Assembly (NCBI RefSeq): GCF_036550295.1
Contig: NZ_JAXKGQ010000011.1
Direction: 5' to 3' (one strand)
Source of the DNA: Terrisporobacter sp.
Lineage (GTDB): Bacteria; Bacillota; Clostridia; Peptostreptococcales; Peptostreptococcaceae
DNA length: 24,000 nt
Shown here: in pieces, positions 18,967-24,000 of the stretch
Numbering within the stretch: position 1 is the first letter of the stretch
Layout of the letters: every line of letters starts with the position of its first letter
Made by a program: the position numbers and the translations under genes
Notes under the pieces: model-generated
Told to the model about the DNA's origin: nothing
Database searches by the model: none
The model's input: only the letters and a program-made list of their open reading frames with translations

Positions 18967-20055
18967 ACTTTTAGAGAAAAAGAAATTTTACAAATTTTAA
19001 AAAGCAATCCTATGATATCTCAACAGGAAATTGCTGATATGTTAAATATATCTAGAACCTCTGTTGCTGTTCATATAACTAATTTGATGAAAAAAGGTGA
19101 ACTATTAGGTAAAGGATATATTTTAAAAAAGGAAAATTATGTTACTGTAATTGGTGGATCTAATATGGATATTCAAGGATTTCCAAACAATCCCCTAGTA
19201 ATGCATGATTCCAATCCTGGCAAAGTTGACATATCTATGGGAGGGGTTGGAAGAAATATTGCAGAAAATTTAAGTAGATTAAATATAAATACTAAATTAA
19301 TTTCTGCTGTAGGAAATGATTTATATGGAAATACTATTTTATCAGAATGTAAAAATTTAAATATTGATGTAAATGATTGTTTCATCTCTGATGAATACTC
19401 CACATCAATTTATATTTCTATTTTAAACAATGATAAAGATATGCAACTTGCCATAAGTCATATGGATATAACTGAAAAACTTAATGAATCATTTATTCAT
19501 TCCAAATACAAAAGCATAAATGATTCAAAGGCAATAGTTATAGATACTAACTTATCTACAGAGGCCATAGATTTTATAACAAGAACTTACTGCCATGTGC
19601 CAATATTTGTAGATACAGTTTCCACTGCAAAATGTCTTAAGATTAAAAATATCTTAAGTAGATTTGAAGCAATTAAATTAAACAAATATGAATCAGAAAC
19701 TTTATCAAATATAAAAATAGAAAACTTAGATGATGTTAAAAAATCAGCACAGTATTTTTTAGATAAAGGTATAAAAAATGTATTTATAACTTTGGGAAGT
19801 GATGGAGTTTACTGTGCAAATAATAAAGAAATGTTTCATATACCCGGTGTAAAAATAGACATAATAAATGCCACTGGAGCTGGTGATGCTTTTATGTCAG
19901 GAATAGTTTATGGATTTATGAATGATTTCAATTTAAATGAAACTGCTAAATTTGCTATAAGTTCATCACTTGTGGCACTATCTCATAAAAACACAATAAA
20001 TCCAAACTTTAGTGTTGATTTAATAAACAAAACAATAAAAGAATTTAACTTATAA
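18967..20055 (+). CDS. psuK: PfkB-family carbohydrate kinase with N-terminal HTH, pseudouridine kinase-like
   Basis: MTFREKEILQILKSNPMISQQEIADMLNISRTSVAVHITNL (HTH) + VIGGSNMDIQG, MGGVGRNIAENLSRL, NATGAGDAFMSG; directly upstream of psuG. ORF track gives 18964; ATGACTTTTAG begins within a few nt of that position. Confidence 0.88.
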   Translation, partial: TFREKEILQILKSNPMISQQEIADMLNISRTSVAVHITNLMKKGELLGKGYILKKENYVTVIGGSNMDIQGFPNNPLVMHDSNPGKVDISMGGVGRNIAENLSRLNINTKLISAVGNDLYGNTILSECKNLNIDVNDCFISDEYSTSIYISILNNDKDMQLAISHMDITEKLNESFIHSKYKSINDSKAIVIDTNLSTEAIDFITRTYCHVPIFVDTVSTAKCLKIKNILSRFEAIKLNKYESETLSNIKIENLDDVKKSAQYFLDKGIKNVFITLGSDGVYCANNKEMFHIPGVKIDIINATGAGDAFMSGIVYGFMNDFNLNETAKFAISSSLVALSHKNTINPNFSVDLINKTIKEFNL

Positions 20056-20085
20056 AATAATATAAAAAATAAAGGAGTTAATACA

Positions 20086-21006
20086 ATGTTAAAAAAATAT
20101 TTACAAGTACATCCAGAAGTTGAAGCAGCAGTAAAAGAAGGAAGACCAGTAGTAGCATTAGAGTCTACAATAATATCTCATGGTATGCCTTATCCACAAA
20201 ATGTTGAAATGGCAAGCAATGTTGAAAATATAATAAGAGAAAATGGTGCAGTTCCTGCAACTATAGCTATTATAGATGGTGTTTTAAAGGTAGGTTTAAC
20301 TAAGGAAGAAATAGAATTCTTAGCAACAAGTAAGAATGTTGTTAAAGCTTCTAGAAGAGATTTACCTTTCATAATATCTAAAAAATTAACAGGAGCTACT
20401 ACTGTTGCTACTACTATGATACTTGCTGATTTGGCAGGAGTTAGAGTATTTGCTACAGGAGGAATTGGTGGAGTTCATAGAGGAGCTGAAACTACTATGG
20501 ATATATCTGCTGACTTAGAAGAATTAGCTAATACTGATGTGGCTGTTATATGTGCTGGAGCTAAATCAATATTAGATATAGGTTTAACTTTAGAATACTT
20601 AGAAACTCACGGCGTTCCTGTTGTAGGATTTGGTACTGATGAAATGCCTGCGTTCTACACAAGAAAATCAGGATTTGATGTTGATTATAGAGTTGACTCT
20701 TCTATGGAAGTTGCAACTGCCCTAAAGGCAAAATGGGACTTAAACTTAAAAGGTGGTATGGTTATAGCTAACCCAATACCAACTGAATTTGAAATGGATT
20801 ACGATACAATAAACAGCGCTATAGAATCTGCCTTAAAAGAAGCAGATGAAAAACACATTGGTGGGAAAGATGTTACTCCTTTCTTATTAGACAAGGTTAA
20901 GACTATAACTGAAGGAAAATCTCTTGCTTCAAATATAGAACTTGTTTACAACAATGCTAAAGTTGCTGCAAACATAGCAAAAGACTTAGCTTCATTAAAT
21001 AAATAA
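20086..21006 (+). CDS. psuG: Pseudouridine-5'-phosphate glycosidase
   Basis: 306 aa; [90 protein letters not shown]. Confidence 0.96.
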   Translation: MLKKYLQVHPEVEAAVKEGRPVVALESTIISHGMPYPQNVEMASNVENIIRENGAVPATIAIIDGVLKVGLTKEEIEFLATSKNVVKASRRDLPFIISKKLTGATTVATTMILADLAGVRVFATGGIGGVHRGAETTMDISADLEELANTDVAVICAGAKSILDIGLTLEYLETHGVPVVGFGTDEMPAFYTRKSGFDVDYRVDSSMEVATALKAKWDLNLKGGMVIANPIPTEFEMDYDTINSAIESALKEADEKHIGGKDVTPFLLDKVKTITEGKSLASNIELVYNNAKVAANIAKDLASLNK

Positions 21007-21011
21007 TTTAA

Positions 21012-21051
21012 AAAGAGTGCAATCTTATATTTGATTGCACTCTTTATTTTT
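21012..21051 (+). terminator. Rho-independent terminator after psuG
   Basis: AAAGAGTGCAATC-TTATATTT-GATTGCACTCTTT-ATTTTT. Confidence 0.9.
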
Positions 21052-21134
21052 AACTTATGAATTTGAGCGAGGGACGAAGTTGTTGAAGACATGAAGTTCA
21101 GCACCCACGAAGTGGCTTAAGCATAGGTAATTTT

Positions 21135-22484
21135 TCATATGGTTACATCATTTATCCAATTTCCTCTTTTTATTCTAAAGTACCCTAGAATACCTTTTAG
21201 TATTTCATCGCTCTTTAACATTATAAAAATTAAGGGAACACTAAAATTTAAGTAAAAAGCTGATAAAATACCAAGAGGTATGGCTAAAAACCATAATGTA
21301 ATCATTTCGTATTTAAAAACAAATTTATTATCTCCTCCACCTCTAAGTATACCAAATAATAAATTAGAACTTAAGGATTTAAATAAGATTACTACAGAAG
21401 TGGCAATCATTATATCTTTAGCTATAAGTTTAGTTTCTTCACTTACATTATAAAAATTCACAATAATATCCTTCGTCAATAATATAAAAGAAGATGACAT
21501 TATTCCACACAACATACTTAGTATTATAATTGTATTTGCATAGGATTTAACTTTTTCATAATCACCTTCGCCTATGGTATTTCCTATTATTACTGATGAA
21601 GCAGATGATAATCCTTGAATAAATAGTAATGCAATCTGATATGCCACGTTATTTATGCTATTAGCTGCCACCACATTAATCCCCATCCTTGATACAATTA
21701 AAGTTATTATGGTAGAACCTATAGTCCAACAAAATTCATTTAAAAATATGGGTGTTGCAACTTTAATATATTGTCTTCTTAATTTTTCACTAATACTGTG
21801 CATATAACTTATTCTATAATTTATATTATTTTCAAAAAATCTTATATAGATAATTATAAGTATACATTCACAAATTCTAGCTATCACCGTTGCTATGGCA
21901 GCCCCCTTTATACCAATGGGTGTAAAATTAAATTTTCCAAGAATTAGTATATAATTTAAAATGACATTAATAATTAAAGATATCATATTAATAAGGGCTG
22001 GTATTTTTACTTTTTTTATTGATCTTAAAACACTAGTACTAATCATTGTTATACTAAAAAATACATAACTTAATGAAGAAATCCTCATATAAATTATGCC
22101 CTTTTCTATAACTTTATTATCACTTGTAAAAATCATCATAAATATTTTAGGAAAAAATAAAGCAATGATTAAACAGCTTAAAGATAATAAAATTGCAAGA
22201 AGATATGCTAAACTCAATATTTTATTAATATTTATCTTATCTTCTTTTCCAAAATATTGAGCACACATAACATTTGCACCGCTGCCGATTCCCATTAGAA
22301 GTACCATAAGTATGAAAAATAATTGACCTCCTATGGATGATGCTGATAACTCTATTTCTCCTAAAGTTCCTAGCATTATGGTATCTGCCATATTAACAGA
22401 TACAGAAATTAAATTTTGAAAAGTAATTGGTATGACTATACTTAAAATTGCTTTATAGAAATTTTTTTCTTTACTTAAAACCAT
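21135..22484 (-). CDS. MATE family efflux transporter
   Basis: 449 aa; AILSIVIPITFQNLISVSVNMADTIMLGTLGEIELSASSIGGQ, GSGANVMCAQYFGKED, NSINNVAYQIALLFIQGLSSASSVIIGNTIGEG. Confidence 0.95.
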   Translation of the reverse strand: MVLSKEKNFYKAILSIVIPITFQNLISVSVNMADTIMLGTLGEIELSASSIGGQLFFILMVLLMGIGSGANVMCAQYFGKEDKININKILSLAYLLAILLSLSCLIIALFFPKIFMMIFTSDNKVIEKGIIYMRISSLSYVFFSITMISTSVLRSIKKVKIPALINMISLIINVILNYILILGKFNFTPIGIKGAAIATVIARICECILIIIYIRFFENNINYRISYMHSISEKLRRQYIKVATPIFLNEFCWTIGSTIITLIVSRMGINVVAANSINNVAYQIALLFIQGLSSASSVIIGNTIGEGDYEKVKSYANTIIILSMLCGIMSSSFILLTKDIIVNFYNVSEETKLIAKDIMIATSVVILFKSLSSNLLFGILRGGGDNKFVFKYEMITLWFLAIPLGILSAFYLNFSVPLIFIMLKSDEILKGILGYFRIKRGNWINDVTI

Positions 22485-22550
22485 ATATAATCATCCTTTG
22501 ACATATTATATGACAGTGAATGACTATTTATAAATATAAGATCATCACAA

Positions 22551-22590
22551 AAAAGAGTATAAATTGACTTTTATCAATTTATACTCTTTT
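22551..22590. terminator. Strong 17-bp hairpin terminator of the metal ATPase gene
   Basis: AAAAGAGTATAAATTGA-CTTTTA-TCAATTTATACTCTTTT. Confidence 0.85.
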
Positions 22591-22596
22591 TTAAAT

Positions 22597-24000
22597 TTAT
22601 ACTTCATTAAAATATTGAAGTAATTTTTTATTCTTATTTAAATAAGTATTTCTTTCTATTTCTTTACTGGCATTTCTTTTATTATATTTTAATAATAAAG
22701 CTGAATTTATAATTACAATAACTGAACCCACATTGTGAACAAGGGCTCCTACCACAGGACCTAATAAATCTGTCATGGCTAAAATTACAGCTAAAAAATT
22801 AAGTGTCATAGAAAAAATTAAATTTACTCTTATAGTTTTCATCATTCGTTTTGATATTTTTAATAAATGAGGTAAATTATTTATATCATCTCTAACTAAA
22901 ACTATATCTGCTGCATCTACTGCTATATCACTGCCCACATTTCCCATGGCAATTCCCACAAAAGATTTTTTAAGTGCAGGAGCATCGTTTATTCCATCTC
23001 CCACCATACATACCATTTTATTATTTTTTTCATATTCATCTATTAAATTTAATTTATCTTGAGGAAAACATTCGGCTTTTACTTCTTCTATTTTCACTTG
23101 CTTAGCTACTCTACTTGCCACATATTTATTATCTCCAGTTAAAAGTACAGGACTTATACCTAAATTTTTTATACTTTCTATCATTGATATTGATTCTTCT
23201 CTTAAAGTATCACTAAGTATTATATATCCACCAATTTTATTATCTATGGCCACATATATAATTGATTTTCCTTGATTTCTAAATTTTTCTCTTATAAATC
23301 TAATGTCTTCTCTTTTAATTTTTTCATCTAAAAGTAAATGTTTGTTTCCTGCTAATATTTTTTTATTATTTACTTTAGCAATTACTCCTCTACCTGGTAT
23401 CATTTTAAATTCCTCAGGTATTTTAATTTCTTTATTATATGTTTCTTTAAAAGATGATACTATGGCTTTTCCAAGGGGATGTTCTGAATATAATTCACAT
23501 GAGGCTATCATTTCATAAAGTTCTTCATTTTTTATATTATCTATTAAACTTACAACTTCTTCTACTTTTGGTTTACCATAAGTTAATGTACCTGTTTTAT
23601 CAAAAGCAATTTTGCTTATAGATGAAAGTCTCTCTAAGGCATCTCCTTCTTTTACTAATATACCGTTCTTAGAGACATTTCCTATGGCTGCAACTATGGC
23701 AGTTGGTGTGGCAAGAACTAAAGCACAAGGACAAAATACAACAAGAATTGTAACTGCTCTAATAATTTCCCCTGTAATTATCCATGTTAATAATGCACTT
23801 ATAAAAGCTGCAACTACAATATATGTTGCCCATTTATCTGCTATACCAACTATCTTAGCTTTGCTGGCATCTGCACTTTGAACAAGCTTTACCATTCTTT
23901 GAATAGAACTATCTTCTCCAACTTTTGTTGCTTTCATTTCAAAAGAACCAAATTGATTTACTGCTCCAGAACACACACTATCTCCTTCACTTAAATCAAG
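22597..24000 (-). CDS. Heavy-metal-translocating P-type ATPase (P1B), truncated at right window edge
   Basis: CPCALVLATPTA, DKTGTLTYGKP, MVGDGINDAPALKKSFVGIAMG, C-terminal LVHNVGSVIVIINSALLL. Frame is open to 24000 (LDLSEGDSVCSGAVNQFG), so the 23976 start is artefactual. Confidence 0.95.
   Translation of the reverse strand, partial: LDLSEGDSVCSGAVNQFGSFEMKATKVGEDSSIQRMVKLVQSADASKAKIVGIADKWATYIVVAAFISALLTWIITGEIIRAVTILVVFCPCALVLATPTAIVAAIGNVSKNGILVKEGDALERLSSISKIAFDKTGTLTYGKPKVEEVVSLIDNIKNEELYEMIASCELYSEHPLGKAIVSSFKETYNKEIKIPEEFKMIPGRGVIAKVNNKKILAGNKHLLLDEKIKREDIRFIREKFRNQGKSIIYVAIDNKIGGYIILSDTLREESISMIESIKNLGISPVLLTGDNKYVASRVAKQVKIEEVKAECFPQDKLNLIDEYEKNNKMVCMVGDGINDAPALKKSFVGIAMGNVGSDIAVDAADIVLVRDDINNLPHLLKISKRMMKTIRVNLIFSMTLNFLAVILAMTDLLGPVVGALVHNVGSVIVIINSALLLKYNKRNASKEIERNTYLNKNKKLLQYFNEV

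Noticed and set aside
19173-20372. - strand ORFs 19173..19403 and 20190..20372
   Set aside because: Antisense shadows of psuK and psuG.
23303-23881. + strand ORFs 23303..23518 and 23612..23881
   Set aside because: Antisense shadows of the P-type ATPase.
1-24000. CRISPR array, rRNA, tRNA or transposase
   Set aside because: No regularly spaced direct repeats, tRNA-like cloverleaf or transposase-like ORF was noticed by eye; a tool-based scan was not possible.

Overview
This is a low-GC Firmicutes chromosomal window, Clostridia/Peptostreptococcaceae-like judging by gene content and style (inference). The right two thirds (~9.8-24 kb) are mostly ordinary housekeeping and transport genes: a CorC/HlyC-type CBS membrane protein, CstA-like transporter, AGCS Na+/alanine symporter, ilvD, two small winged-helix-like proteins, psuK/psuG, a MATE transporter and a P1B-type metal ATPase cut by the right edge. 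The left third (~0-9.8 kb) is an accessory region in decay. It holds a type I restriction-modification locus with an intact hsdM. Its hsdS is open end to end except for one in-frame TAG at codon 8. A 52-codon fragment resembling the HsdR N-terminus, also with an early stop, lies about 4 kb away beyond other genes. Between the hsdS and hsdR remnants sit a 646-aa protein of unknown family whose C-terminus carries a HEPN-like RxxxxH motif (LRNNYSHG), and an oppositely oriented pair of uncharacterised genes. Two further gene remnants (CobW-like GTPase; NERD/UvrD-like helicase), a possibly shortened methyltransferase and a small tandem-repeat protein lie nearby. The best candidate for an undescribed function is the 646-aa HEPN-like protein, possibly with the flanking two-gene cassette. 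Function is not established by sequence alone.
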